In this document: positions 12,491-26,097 of the stretch, piece by piece
Numbering within the stretch: position 1 is the stretch's first letter
Layout: each line of letters starts with the position of its first letter
From: Octopus sinensis
Lineage: Eukaryota
DNA length: 64,000 nucleotides
Direction of reading: 5' to 3'
NCBI RefSeq assembly: GCF_006345805.1
Contig: NC_043013.1
Location: 23,002,001 to 23,066,000, forward strand
Notes under the pieces: generated by a model
Database searches by the model: none
What the model was told of the DNA's origin: nothing
What the model saw: only the letters and a program-made list of their open reading frames with translations
Program-made: the position numbers and the translations under genes

Positions 12491-12949
12491 GTGATGGTAG
12501 TGGTGGTGGTGGTGGTGATGTGGTGGTGGTGGTGGTGGTGGTGGTGGTGGTGGTGGTGGTGATGATGGTGGTGGTGGTGATGATGGTGGTGGTGATGGTG
12601 GTGGTGGTGATGGTGGTGGTGGTGGTGGTGGTGGTGATGATGATGATGATGATGATGATGATGGTGATGATGATGGTGATGATGATGATGGTGATGATGA
12701 TGATGATGATGATGATGATGGTGATGGTAGTGGTGGTGGTGGTGGTGATGGTGGTGGTGGTGGTGGTGGTGGTGGTGGTGGTGATGATGATGATGATGAT
12801 GATGATGATGGTGATGATGATGGTGATGATGATGATGGTGATGATGATGATGATGATGATGATGATGGTGATGGTAGTGGTGGTGGTGGTGGTGATGGTG
12901 GTGGTGGTGGTGGTGGTGGTGGTGGTGATGATGATGGTGGTGGTGGTGG

Positions 12950-12981
<32 letters not shown>

Positions 12982-13071
12982 GTGGTGATGATGATGGTGG
13001 TGATGATGATGGTATGATGATGATGATGATGATGTTCATGATGATGATGATGATGATGATGATGTTGGTGG

Positions 13072-13118
<47 letters not shown>

Positions 13119-13595
13119 GTGAACATCATCATCATGGTGGTGGTGGTGGTGGTGGTGGGGTGGATCGCGGTATGGCTAAAGGTGACGGTGGTGCTGCCTG
13201 CCTCTGTCGCTGCTGTTCCTGCTGCTGCTGCTGCTGCTGCAATACGCTGCATCGGTTATCGACTGCTGTCACTGCTGCTTTGCTGCTGCTGCTGCAATGC
13301 TTATCGACTGCTGCCGCTGCCGCTGCTGCTGCTATTGCCGTTGCTGCTGCTGCTATTTTTCTATACTGCTTGTGCAGCTCCTGTTGATATGAACCGCCGT
13401 TGCTGTTGCTGCTGCTGCTGCTTCTACTGCTGCTGATATCGACTCCCACAAAAACCACCACCACCACCACCCTCTTGTAAAACCACTACCACCGCTGTTA
13501 CTCTGCAGGCACAGTCACCAAAACTATAACCTCCATTACTACTACTACTACTACTACTACTGTTGCTGCTTCTGCTGCTGCTGCCACTACTACTT

Positions 13596-13652
<57 letters not shown>

Positions 13653-13655
13653 TAA
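12203..13655. repeat. Compound trinucleotide repeat block (GAT/GGT, then GCT, then ACT)
   Basis: Direct reading; it generates spurious homopolymer ORFs in all frames. Confidence 0.95.
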
Positions 13656-14310
13656 GTACCAATATTACGGCAGCCGTTCTGCGAATCAAAATTCCCGGTG
13701 TGAGTCTATATCGTTCGGGAAAACTAAAACAAAAGGCAATTTTTTGTTTTTGTTTTTGTTAATACTAAAAGAGTAAGTTTCCAGTTAAGAATCGCTTGCC
13801 TTGACTGGACATCGAACTCTCATCCTCACTCGCCGACCGACCGACCGACCGACCGACCGACCGTTCCACCGACCGATCAGGCAATCAGCCAGTCAGCAGC
13901 TAACGCGCCAATCACTCAGTCAAACAAGCCGAGAGATTCCTTCCAAACAGAACGATGGGAACAGTCCGATAAACTGACTTCATCTACCACTTATTATTTA
14001 TTATATATTCTCTCTTTTTTTTTTCCTCCATTTTTTACATAATTATTTCTTTGTTTATTTATTTGCCGGCAGAGGGACAAGTGTGTGCAGAGGTTGTTGT
14101 TTTTTTTATTTATTTTTTACTATTATATATTTACAAAAAAAAAAGAAAGGAATTTTTACTCGGAAAGATTTTTGGTTTAAATAACGGTGAACCTGAAAGG
14201 AGAATTACATTCAACGATATCACCGTCAACACTTAACGGTAACAGCAACAATATAAACACCAAAAGGGACAATAATAATAATAGAAGCAACAACAACAAC
14301 AACAACAACA

Positions 14311-14349
<39 letters not shown>

Positions 14350-14879
14350 GTAACTACTACTACTACGGGTTCTATTACAACTGTTACGAGTACAAAGAAG
14401 GATTTCATCTTTTGGAAATTACTACGGCTGAACACCACCACTGCCACCGCCACCGCCACCACCACCACCACCACCCCCATAATCACCACTGTTATCATCT
14501 ATCGACATTACCGTCATCACCGTCAACATTGACGGTGATAACAATAAGCGATTTGTGGAGAAATTATAAGTTGCTAACATCTTAACCACCTTCAACAACG
14601 ACAACAACAACCACTAAACAACTATCGCAACTTCTCCCTCGCTAGAAACAACAGCGACTACCACCACCATCACCACCACCGCCACCACCACTACTACTAC
14701 TACTAATACTACTACTACTACTACTAGTAGTAGCTCCACTGCAGTCATTAAATAGCGACAAGAACAAGTACCGCCATAACAACAACAAGAACAACAACAA
14801 CAACTATCTACATCACTTGTAACAATCACAATTCCCAGAGAACAACGAGAATAACCTCACCTCCCCTTCCCTGCCCCAG

Positions 14880-15890
14880 CACGTCAACAACAACAACAAC
14901 AACTGCAGCACATTTCAAACCGAAAAAAAGTCCGACAAAACATCACCGTGGATCCAGCATACGAACTATTGGGGGGAGAGGAAGAGGAGGGCAGTGAAAG
15001 AGAAGGGGAGGGATGTGAAGAGAGACAAGAAGAAGAAGAAAAGGAAAAGGTAGATGAAGGGGGAGGGGAAGAGGAGGGGGAGAAAGATCTCAATGTCAGC
15101 GATCATGAGCGAAACGGTTCGGCGATGTCCACACAGCTTGACACGGACACGGGTGTCCTGGCGGCGGCTGAGGGCAACGTAAACGGGAAGGCCGGCAGCG
15201 TTAGTGACGTTGGCGGCGCCGGCGGAAGTCGGACGGCATCTGCAATGTCGACGACGTCGGCCACCAAAGACGACGTTGACAAAGGTGACGAAGTGGGTTC
15301 GATCGCACTCGGCGGCCGAATAGGACAGGATGACGACGTCGACGACGCTGAAGGTAACAACGAAGCGTTTGGCAACAGCAAGAATGACGCCGCCGTTGAC
15401 AATCAACGGTTTAACGACGACGTAAACGTCAAAGTCCAGGACGATGATGACAACGATGACGGAGTCGGCGTCGACGTCCGTAGACGTGAGGAGAGAGGAA
15501 TAATTGGCGGACTGGTAGGCGGGGTAGTCGGAGGGGGTAGCGGTGGGGATTACATGAAGGCCGACAACGTCTATGATGACGACGATGATAAGAATGACGT
15601 TGACGCCAACGTCGGCGCCAACGGTGACGGCGGGTATCATGTGAACGTCGGCGACGTGGACGACGTTGACGACGTGAGGGTATGCGAAGGCGGGCGCATG
15701 GTGTGGGAGGGCGGCCGAATGTCTGTGATTAAGACAGACGATGACCTCAAAGACAGTTTCAGCGGGGACAACAACCCTTACCGGAAGAAGGTGGCACGGG
15801 TGGTGGTGGTCATCTCTGTGGTGATGTTAATTATGAGCATCCTTTTGGTGTGTGTCTCCCTAAACATGTCCAAAAATATAGACGATCTCG
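14880..15890 (+). CDS. Coding exon of an uncharacterised acidic (D/E/G-rich) single-pass membrane protein; start uncertain (acceptor at 14879 or ATG at 15125)
   Basis: About 1 kb GC/CpG-rich stop-free frame with non-microsatellite codons. It ends in RKK plus a hydrophobic helix VARVVVVISVVMLIMSILLVCVSL and then NMSKNIDDL, followed directly by the consensus donor G|GTAAGT at 15890/15891. A pyrimidine tract plus CAG lies at 14861-14879. Confidence 0.8.
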
Positions 15891-16119
15891 GTAAGTGGAC
15901 ACCTCAGCACGAGGACAATTCATCCATTTATTGTTCGTTTCTTTATTTGTGTATTTATTTTAATGCTGTTTATTTGTCTATTTCTTTATTTTAGTATTGT
16001 TGTTCTTGTTGTATTTGAAACACTTTTTCAGTCAACTTATACTTTTGTTTTCATGGAAGTGGCATTATGTACGAGCTTGGTGTGCGTGTGTATAAACAGA
16101 TGAGTATATTGTGTGGTGC

Positions 16120-16159
<40 letters not shown>

Positions 16160-16160
16160 A

Positions 16161-16194
<34 letters not shown>

Positions 16195-16500
16195 TATATA
16201 ACAATGATAAATAAGCGTATATATATATATATATATATTATATATTATATATATATATATATTATATATTATTATATATTATTATATATTATATATTATA
16301 TATTATATATATTATATATATTATATATATTATATATATATTATGTACAAATATAAGTGTGTATGTATATAAGCATATATACTTGTATGTGTATCTGTAT
16401 ATAAATTTTGCGTCTTTTCGCGGGTTAATGTTGTAACTGACGACGACAGGTGTCGTTGACGGCGGTGACGTTGACGACGACGATGACGATGATAATGGTG

Positions 16501-16542
<42 letters not shown>

Positions 16543-16813
16543 CGATGACGACGATGATGATGATGACGATGATGATGATGACGACCCAGTTACGGTTTCT
16601 ACTTTTTTCTTTCCATCTTCTGCTTTATTTTCTCCTCCTCCTCATCATCATCATCATTTTCTTTTTCTCTTCTTTCTCTTTTCTTCTTTGCTTTTCTTCT
16701 TTTTTCTTCTGTCTGTTCGTCTTTTCTCTCTTTGATCTCACATCTTTCAATTATAAGTTCTTTAAGTGGGAGTTTTAACATTGGCATGTGCAACAGCGTG
16801 TGTGCAACAACTT

Positions 16814-16853
<40 letters not shown>

Positions 16854-16875
16854 ATATTATATAGATAGAGAGAGG

Positions 16876-16910
<35 letters not shown>

Positions 16911-17030
16911 AGAACTGGAGAGTTGTGTGGGGGGTGCACGTGGGACTACGTTTTGAAATATTTACTTTTTGCATCTAAGCATGTGAATTATTGAGATATA
17001 TATGTGTATGTCTATGTAGTGTGTTTGTAT

Positions 17031-17073
<43 letters not shown>

Positions 17074-17123
17074 TATGTGTGTGGATGTGTTTACATATAT
17101 GATTCAATTCGATTTTCATTTAG

Positions 17124-17176
17124 TTTCCGTGCAAAGAATTCAAACGAAAACTTGTCGCGCTTGGTATTTCAAAGAC
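17124..17176 (+). CDS. Candidate micro-exon 2 of the membrane protein gene
   Basis: Unique-sequence island between TG repeats, bounded by acceptor ttttcatttag (ends 17123) and donor GTACGT (17177); no stop codon in any frame. Confidence 0.5.
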
Positions 17177-17279
17177 GTACGTGTGTGTGTGGTGTGTGCA
17201 AGTTGCAGTTGTTTGTGCGTGTGTGTTTGTGTGTATGTGTTTGCGCGTGTGTGTTTGTGTGTATGTGTGTGTGTGTGTG

Positions 17280-17313
<34 letters not shown>

Positions 17314-17504
17314 GACTGTGTGTACGTATTACGCGGCGGCAGCTACTTCCTGCGTTGCGACACGAGGTTCACGTGATCTATTTTTCGTCAGGGATCTCTG
17401 TTTATGTTATATAAATAGCTACGTGCAACATACAAACACACACACAGACATGCCTTTTTTATATATTATTATTATTATTACTATTATTATTATTATTATT
17501 GTTA

Positions 17505-17547
<43 letters not shown>

Positions 17548-17743
17548 CATATCATACTCTAACATGTTTATATACAAAGAGCGTAAACACTAACAACGCT
17601 GCGCACAGTGACACGCACAGACATATATACACATACACATGTTTATACAGTCAACACACACACACACACACATATACATACATACATACATGCATACTCA
17701 CACACATATATATACCAATATGTGTTTGTGTGCGTGCACTTAC

Positions 17744-17774
<31 letters not shown>

Positions 17775-17986
17775 TGTATGTATGTATGTATGTATGTGTG
17801 TATGTATGCATGTATGTATGTATGTATGTATACATCCACAGGTTCCTATTGAAATAGAGAAATCTTCCTTAGCGCACGAGAGGCTCTCATATATTTTATA
17901 TAGACACTCCTAACAAACAGTGGTGTGTATGTCTGTATATAATATATATATATATATAGAATATATATCTATATATATATAGATAT

Positions 17987-18025
<39 letters not shown>

Positions 18026-18036
18026 TATATATATAT

Positions 18037-18067
<31 letters not shown>

Positions 18068-18368
18068 GTATGTATGTATGTGTTCCTTGCCTGCATGTGT
18101 AATGTATGGGCGTATGCGCGGACATTATTATGTATGCTGATCCTTCTGCCCCACCAGCACCTTTCCGCCTTCCAGCTCTCTTATCATTAGATGTTGTGTT
18201 TACTGGTTCGTTACTTGCGTATTAATATATTACTTCGAGTATTCGACGATATATATGTACATATTCTATATTTGTACGCTAATGTTTATTATTACTATTG
18301 ATAAATCGCTACAAATATTGTATGAACCAACTGCACGCTCTCTCTCTCTTTCTCTCACTCTCTCCCTC

Positions 18369-18411
<43 letters not shown>

Positions 18412-18769
18412 CTCTCTCTCCACTTCCCCCACCGATCGTCAAACCCTTTATTATATTATATCTTCTTACTTTTAGGTTTGGTTATTTTTAAAATAATTTC
18501 TTACCGAATTTACCTGTATAAACTAACTGAAAAATCAGAAAAGATCAGGATAGTCACAAGTCACCTCTGTCGGTGTTTAATAACAACCATAATACACACA
18601 CATATATATGCGTGTATATATACATATATATGTGTGTGTGTGTGTGTGTGTGTACGTATATGTACATATATACATATTAATACATATATATATGCATGTA
18701 TATGTGTGTATATATGTATAGACATACACCTACATACACCTACATACATAATTACATAGATTAATATAG

Positions 18770-18806
<37 letters not shown>

Positions 18807-18911
18807 GAATATAAATATATATATTATATATATATGTATGTATGTATTTATACATACATAGAAACATATATATACATGTATCTACACGCATGTGTGTTGT
18901 GTTAATATATA

Positions 18912-18951
<40 letters not shown>

Positions 18952-19146
18952 TATCCATACATATATAGAAGCACTTTACGATGGTCTTACCTCATTTTTG
19001 TATGAAAAACACGTGCCCTAATATACCGTGCGCACGTGCCTGTGTTTGTGTGTGTGTGCGTGCGTGAATGCGTGAGTATATTTATAGAGTAGAAGCCGCT
19101 TATTATAATAATCGTGAACAATGTTATCAAACGGTTCTTGTTACAG

Positions 19147-19191
19147 ACATTTTCAAGCAACCCGCTACACGACCAATGCAAACTCGACTGA
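19147..19191 (+). CDS. Candidate terminal coding exon of the membrane protein gene
   Basis: Acceptor ttcttgttacag ends at 19146. With the canonical exon 2 it reads TFSSNPLHDQCKLD*; the frame is uncertain. Confidence 0.35.
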   Translation, partial: TFSSNPLHDQCKLD

Positions 19192-19330
19192 TGTAAAATT
19201 AAAAGTGCGCTCGCAACGAAGTAGGGGGCGTCGTCGTCGGTGAGTGGCGATGGCGGTGAATAGATGCTGCGTCGGGGGCGAGGGCGGAGTTGTGTGTCGG
19301 GTGCTGATGTTCATGTGTTAGTTGGAAGGT

Positions 19331-19430
19331 NNNNNNNNNNNNNNNNNNNNNNNNNNNNNNNNNNNNNNNNNNNNNNNNNNNNNNNNNNNNNNNNNNNNNN
19401 NNNNNNNNNNNNNNNNNNNNNNNNNNNNNN
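19331..19430. other. Assembly gap (100 N)
   Basis: Run of n. Confidence 1.
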
Positions 19431-19853
19431 GGCTGTGTGGTAAGAAGCTTGTTTCCCAACCACATAGTTCCGGGTTCAATCCCACTGCGTGGCATCTTGG
19501 GAAAGTATCTTCCTCTATTGTCTTGGGCCGACCAAAGCCCCTTGTGAGTGGGTTTGTTAGACGGAAACAGAAAACTCCATCGTATATATGTGTGCGTGTG
19601 TGTATTCGTGCGCGCGCGTGTTTGTGTGTTTTTGTGTCTGTGTGTTGTCCCCTACCACCACGTGACAACCGGTGCTGGTTTGTTTACGACCCCGAAACTT
19701 AACGGTTCAGCCAAAAGAGAACAATACAATAAGTACCAGGCTTTCAAAGAAATACGGACAAGAGTTGATTCATTCGACTAAAAGTTCTTCAAGACGTTGC
19801 TCCAGCATAGCCGCAGTCTAATGACTGAAACAAGGAAAAGATAAAAGATAAAA
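19431..19853 (+). mobile_element. SINE family 1 copy, 5' end in the gap
   Basis: Homology to 29640-30050. Confidence 0.9.
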
Positions 19854-19897
19854 AGATCTACAGACAGACAGGCAGGCAGGCGAGGAGACTGACGAAC

Positions 19898-20010
<113 letters not shown>

Positions 20011-20507
20011 AAATAGCTAAAGTGAAGTGTAGATACATGTTCGGGAATATTTATAGGTGTGCGTGAGTGTGAGGGAGATAGAGAGAAACAGAGAGACAGA
20101 CAGACAGAATATATTTATGATCTCTTATTTTTAATCCTCAGAAATCGTCTTGTAAAGAAAGATCTGGTTTCTAGCAAAGACACGGAGCTCCGTCGTAACA
20201 AATTCACGTTTGGAACTTAAGAAAAGCAATGCATATTTCTACTGTTCCACCCTCGCTTATCCAGATAAACCAAATGCAGCGATTATTATCGGTATAAATG
20301 GGAATTTATAATTTGGTTATCGAAGCTGAAGTTTTGAAGCAATTGTCTGTAGGAATTTTTTTCTCTTTGATTCTCGAAGAGATTCACATCAGCCGGACAG
20401 CAATGAGAGTACCTACTTTTCCTTGTCTTTCCCAAACAGTTTGTTATGTTTGCGCCTGATAAGTTTTGATGGAAATGTTACAAATGTATGACGGAAGAGT
20501 TTTCTAT

Positions 20508-20891
20508 ACTCTTTACTCTTACTCTTTTCAGTCGTTTGACTGGAGCACCGCCTTTAGTCGAGCAAATCGACCCCGAGACTTATTCTTTGTAAGCCTAGTA
20601 CTTATTCTATCGGTCTCTTTTGCCGAACCGCTAAGTGACGGGGACGTAAACACACCAGCATCGGTTGTCAAGCAATGTTAGGGGGACAAACACAGACACA
20701 CAAACACGCTCACATACATATATATATACGACAGGCTTCTTTCAGTTTCCGTCTACCAAATCCACTCACAAGGCATTGGTCGGCCCGGGGCTATAGCAGA
20801 AGACACTTGCCCAAGATGCCACGCAGTGGGACTGAACCCGGAACCATGTGGTTGGTTAGCAAGCTACTTACCACACAGCCGCTCCTGCGCC
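20508..20891 (-). mobile_element. SINE family 1 copy, young
   Basis: Near-identical reverse complement of 29640-30050. Confidence 0.92.
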
Positions 20892-20894
20892 TAT

Positions 20895-21720
20895 CTTTCA
20901 TTCTGAGGAAGTCCTTTTGCGGATGACATTGTAGAACGTCGTGGCAGCATTTTATTAACATCTTGGGTGGGGGGCTGCTGGCCACTTGCGTCATGTCTTC
21001 CAGAGAAACGTGACATAATCTACATTTTCGGTTGTATTTAGGGAGTGCAAGGGCTTCTTTGTTTTCTACGTTTATTAGGTATTTTGAAACAAATTTCCTG
21101 TTCTTGGGGTGCAAGTGCATAGCCTTCGAAGTGGGATCAAGCGGTCGCGAGTCAAACAGAGACTGCACCCCATGTCGATATTAATGTCATCTTCAAGGCT
21201 TCGAGAAACGCACCCATAGTTGGGTTTTGGGTTTTGTTTTTTGTCGTGGTTGTTATCTTGTTTTATTGTGTGTTTGTTTTTTTGTTTTCTTTTGCTATGC
21301 TGAGCGTTTCACATCCAGGTCTTCATTAAGGTACGTTAGTCCAGATGTTTTGGGATTGCATGGGAGAGGGTCAGGTGGAGAGTGCTTCCGGGGAACTCAC
21401 TGCTGGTATGTAGGAAGTTGTTCGCTTCGCTTCTTAGTACTGTTTTTATGTATTTATTTCTGCTGTTGTTGTTGTTGTTGTTGTGTTGTTGTTGTTGTTG
21501 TTGTTGAAGAAGTGCTATTTGAGAGAGACCATACGACATTGGGAGGCTGTCTGCAACGATCTCAAGCTTCCACCTCCTTCATCTCTTCTTCGGTAGAGCC
21601 TCTCCATATCACTGTTTCTGCTGAAGTTTCCACTTGTTGTCATATCTTGGAGATTTCAATTTCTATTGAATGGATTTCCTCTGTAAACCAGTCAAATGTC
21701 CCGAATGTTGGTATCTTGGA
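20895..21720 (-). mobile_element. Decayed R4/Dong-like (RLE-type) LINE fragment
   Basis: KCRLCHVSLEDMTQVASS..PKM...CHDVL resembles the CCHC finger plus RHD motif that precedes the restriction-like endonuclease. Confidence 0.6.
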
Positions 21721-21723
21721 AAG

Positions 21724-21868
21724 TAGGTAGGTAGATAGGTAGGTAGGTAGGTAGGTAGGTAGGTAGGTAGGTAGGTAGGTAGGTAGGTAGGTAGGTAGGT
21801 AGGTAGGTAGGTAGGTAGGTAGGTAGGTAGGTAGGTAGGTAGGTAGGTAGGTAGGTAGGTAGGTAGGT
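21724..21868. repeat. (GGTA)n microsatellite
   Basis: Direct reading of the sequence. Confidence 0.95.
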
Positions 21869-22331
21869 ATTGTTTACAGGTATACTCTGACCCCGGTAGT
21901 AGCACCTGTTAGGGTCCCAGCTATGAGTTAAGTTGCATGTGGACCACTGGGAGTGAAGGAGCCCTAGTTCTCATTAGAACTTCTTTCTAGAAGATAAACT
22001 TGTATAAAACAAAAAAAGAAACCTGAAGTGGTGTTGGTTTCTGGTTGTCTCAGCTTCGGTTCAGCTACCGTAAAGTTGGTTCACTGTCTTGCAACACTGA
22101 ATCCACTCAAAACATATCCACACAGAGGAACTTGTTGGACTCTCAAAACATTTGCATGGACATGCTGAGCTTCGGAGGTGATTTTATTAGGCCACCAGTT
22201 GACTTCCACCATGGGTCTGCTCATGCATTTATATTCAAACCTTATACAACCATGCTTCTAAATGTTCCTTCATGCATCAGCACACAAATAAAGTAAACAA
22301 TGTATGTACCTATGTGTGTGATATATATAAA

Positions 22332-22515
22332 GTTAATCCAAACATGAAACCACAAAGAGAAAACACAACAACGTGTTATTGGACGCTCAGAAAAGGAAAG
22401 AAAGGAGGATATAACGTTTCGAGCGGAGCTCTTCATCAGAAACATAGGAAAAGGAAAGATCCAAGGAAGGGGGGACGGAGGGAAAAAATCGCCAACGATA
22501 CACACGCGGTCACAT
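22332..22515 (-). mobile_element. TA-embedded element, family A, with a minimal hammerhead at 22409-22443
   Basis: Minus strand reads CTGATGA-A-GAGC-TCC-GCTC-GAAAC-GTT; close homolog of 4078-4280. Confidence 0.8.
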
Positions 22516-22524
22516 TTTCAATAT

Positions 22525-22951
<427 letters not shown>

Positions 22952-23986
22952 TGTGTGGTGTGTGTGTGGTGTGTGTACGTGTGTGTGTACGTTTGTGTGT
23001 ACGTGTGTGTGTGTGTGTGTGTGTGTATTCACAAAGAACATATTTCTGATTTTACGTGCACAGAAATATAGACAGATAATTATTTACATATGTGTATACA
23101 TACGTGTGTATATTAGCGTATTCATATCTGCATGTGGATGTATTAGAGAGTACATCTCAGCTAAGCACGTGCGCCTGTATTGATCTGTAATTATGTCTCT
23201 ATGTAGATATGCATCGATCCGCAATGTATATACGTACCAATTGTATAATATAAATGTGTGCAGGGGTGCATATTTGCGAGTGTATATGTGGCTGTGTACG
23301 CATCGAACGGCAACTAATGAACTGCGTTCAAAATACGAACACAAATTCGAAATTAGGAAAAATATGAAAATCTATTTTACGATATTTTCTTTTTTATGTC
23401 ATTTTACTTGTCATTTATTTGTTTATTTAATGAAATTGTTGCGGTTGTTGTTACTAAAGAGACACCAACAATAAAAACAATAATAATAAACATCAAACAC
23501 AACCATAGCAATAACAACAACATTTGATCGAAGCAGAAGCAATTTCTCTTTTGATTTTAATGGCATCAACAATGCAACAGAAATTATCACAAAATGGCGA
23601 TTTAGCAATGGATCCAACAAGAAACAGACGTGTGTGTATGTGTAATAAAGTTATCATCGGTGAGTTTGTAAAATGTTAATATTCCTAAACGTGTTAGACT
23701 ACTAAAAACAACCGATTCAAACAGTGTACTCACGACAGACATCTTATTTCTATAGAACAAAACTTCACTTTAGAGTGATTGTTTTAATTAACTGAAGTCT
23801 CTAAACGTGATGTGGTTCATATCTTCTTGAGTATTCAAGAGAATTCTCATTAATACCCATGGTGTTACTGACAATTATTCTATACGAAGAATGCTTCTCA
23901 GTGCAGACACACAGATTTAATCCCATACGTTGAATGGATGTATTAAACCACACTTTAACACACACACATACATACACTTATATATA

Positions 23987-25255
23987 TCAGGTCATACCAT
24001 AAATTCTGTCCGAATTTTGAATAAAGAAAACAACTGAAATTTAATCATCAATGCACTTTCTCTGATTATCTATGACTTCCTTCCATCTTTTTACGAGCTT
24101 TTTAATCCCATCAATGTAAAATTCTTTTAGTTTCAAGGCGAAGAACTCTGAAATGTCAGTTTCGACCTCCTCCTGGCTTGAGAAAATTATGTCCCCCAAA
24201 TGATTCTGTAAACTACGAAACAAATGGTAGTCTGAAGGAACAAGGTCGGGAGAATAAGGTGGATGAGGAATTTTTTCCCAGCCAAGCTCTTCGACCTTCT
24301 GTGATGTGATCTTTGCAGCGTGGGGTCGTGCATTTTCCTGATGAAACATCACTCCTTTTCGATTCACTAAAGCGGGTCTTTTTTTCTTCAAAGTTTGGTT
24401 CAAACGTTCTAATTGCTGACAGTAGACTTGAGCAGTCATTGTTGCATTAGGTGGTAACAATTCAAAGTGAATTACTCTTTTGCAATCCCACCAGATAGAG
24501 CGAGGAGTCTTTTTCCCATGAAGTTCCCTTCTCAGTTGTGGTTGAGCTTTTTCCCATTTACCAAGCCACTGTTTACGACATTTAACATTTCGATAGAAGA
24601 TCCATTTTTCGTCACCAGTCACAAGTCTATCCAAAAAGGGTGAAATGAGTTCGCGAGAATGGAGAGAAGAGCAGATGTCAACTCTGGATTTGTGGTTGTT
24701 TTCAGACAATTCACGGGGCACTCATTTTCCAAGTTTAGGAACCTTTTCATGTTGTTGAAGATGACGATGAACAGTTGTATAGTTTGAAGTAAGCTTTATT
24801 GCCAATTCTTCAACTGATAATGCAGGATTTTCTTCAAGTAATGCCACAAGGAGCTTATCATCAAACTCAACTGGATGTCCTGTTCGATCTTCATCTTCAA
24901 GGCTGAAATCTCCACTTCTGAATTTTGCAAACCATCTTCTGCAAGGTCTTTCATTCAAGCATTCTTTCCCATAAACTGAGTGTATGTTTCGAGTCGCTTC
25001 GACTGCAGAGTTTCCTTTTTTGTACTCATAAAGCATTATATGTGCCTCAAATGCTTTTTGGATACTTCCATGTTAGAAAAGGTTTTAATCAAAGACATTT
25101 TAATCCTATTATTCTGTAAAATAATGTTTAATTAGTTTAAATGTACACAAATGCATAAAAATAATTTTTAATTCCATTAGACATTCTAAAATACTATTAA
25201 ATTTCTTTCAATTTTAAAAAAGGTAAAATCGGACACGACATATGGGATCACCTGA
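23987..25255 (-). mobile_element. Full-length but inactive mariner (DD34D) transposon
   Basis: About 30-bp imperfect TIRs (tcaggtcataccataaattctgtccga and tcggacacgacatatgggatcacctga), each flanked by TA; encloses a transposase pseudogene. Confidence 0.95.
24041..25071 (-). pseudogene. Mariner transposase pseudogene
   Basis: Motifs LVTGDEKW, HQENARPH (catalytic D changed to E) and YSPDLVPSDYHLF. A TGA at 24722-24724 replaces the W of WVPREL, and there is a frameshift near the N-terminus. Confidence 0.95.
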
Positions 25256-25320
25256 TACATCCATATTACGGCTGAATATCACTACATATATAAATGTAGA
25301 CACATAGAGACACATTGATA

Positions 25321-25444
25321 GGCGCAAGCATGTTCGTATGGTAGGACGCTTGCTTCCCAACTATATGGTTCCAGGTTCTGTCCCACTGCGTGTCGACCAA
25401 AGCCTTGTGAGTGGATTTGACAGACGGAAACTGAAAGAAGTCTG

Positions 25445-25486
<42 letters not shown>

Positions 25487-25717
25487 TGTGTGTGTGGTGT
25501 GTGCGTGTGTGTCAGTATTTGTACCCCACTACTGCTTGACAACCAGTGTTGATGGGTCTACGCCTCCGTAACTTAGCGGTTTGGTAAAAGACTCCGATAG
25601 AATAAGTACAAGGCTTTAAAACAGAAGCACTGAGGTCGATTCATTCGACTGAAATTCTTCACGGCAGTGCCCCAGCATGGCCGCGGGTTAATGACTAAAA
25701 CAAGTAACAGATAAAAG
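25321..25717 (+). mobile_element. SINE family 1 copy
   Basis: Homology to 29640-30050, with a deletion across the CORE-like box. Confidence 0.85.
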
Positions 25718-26066
25718 AACAAATTCGATAAATGTATTTACTTATCCAAAATCCAATACTTTCTTAATAAAACTATAAATCCGCATTAATAAAAACTACT
25801 TTGATGTTGTCCTTTACCTTAATATAAATATATTTCTATTACAAGTTATAATAACGCAGACGATAGATGTTTTGTTTTCTGGCGATTTTCTTTCGTTAAC
25901 ATAAACGTATTTGCTAAATTGGATTTTGCGTATTATGAATTCGTCTATTTTGTTGTCACTTAAAATGTGACTTTATGTATTCCGTCGGTCTAATACTAAA
26001 ATAGAACCAGTGCATGTCAGCTAATTATATGATACAGCCGCTGTTGCTAATGACGACAACGACGAC

Positions 26067-26097
<31 letters not shown>

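Noticed and set aside
12158-13470. Poly-M/V/P/H/S ORFs, including the 349-aa minus-strand ORF
   Set aside because: Pure trinucleotide repeats open in several frames, with no codon diversity or splice support.
14966-15640. Minus-strand ORFs of 224 aa and 99 aa
   Set aside because: Antisense shadows of the plus-strand exon.
15891-15994. C-terminal 34 aa of the 348-aa ORF
   Set aside because: Read-through into an intron after a consensus GTAAGT donor; composition turns T-rich.
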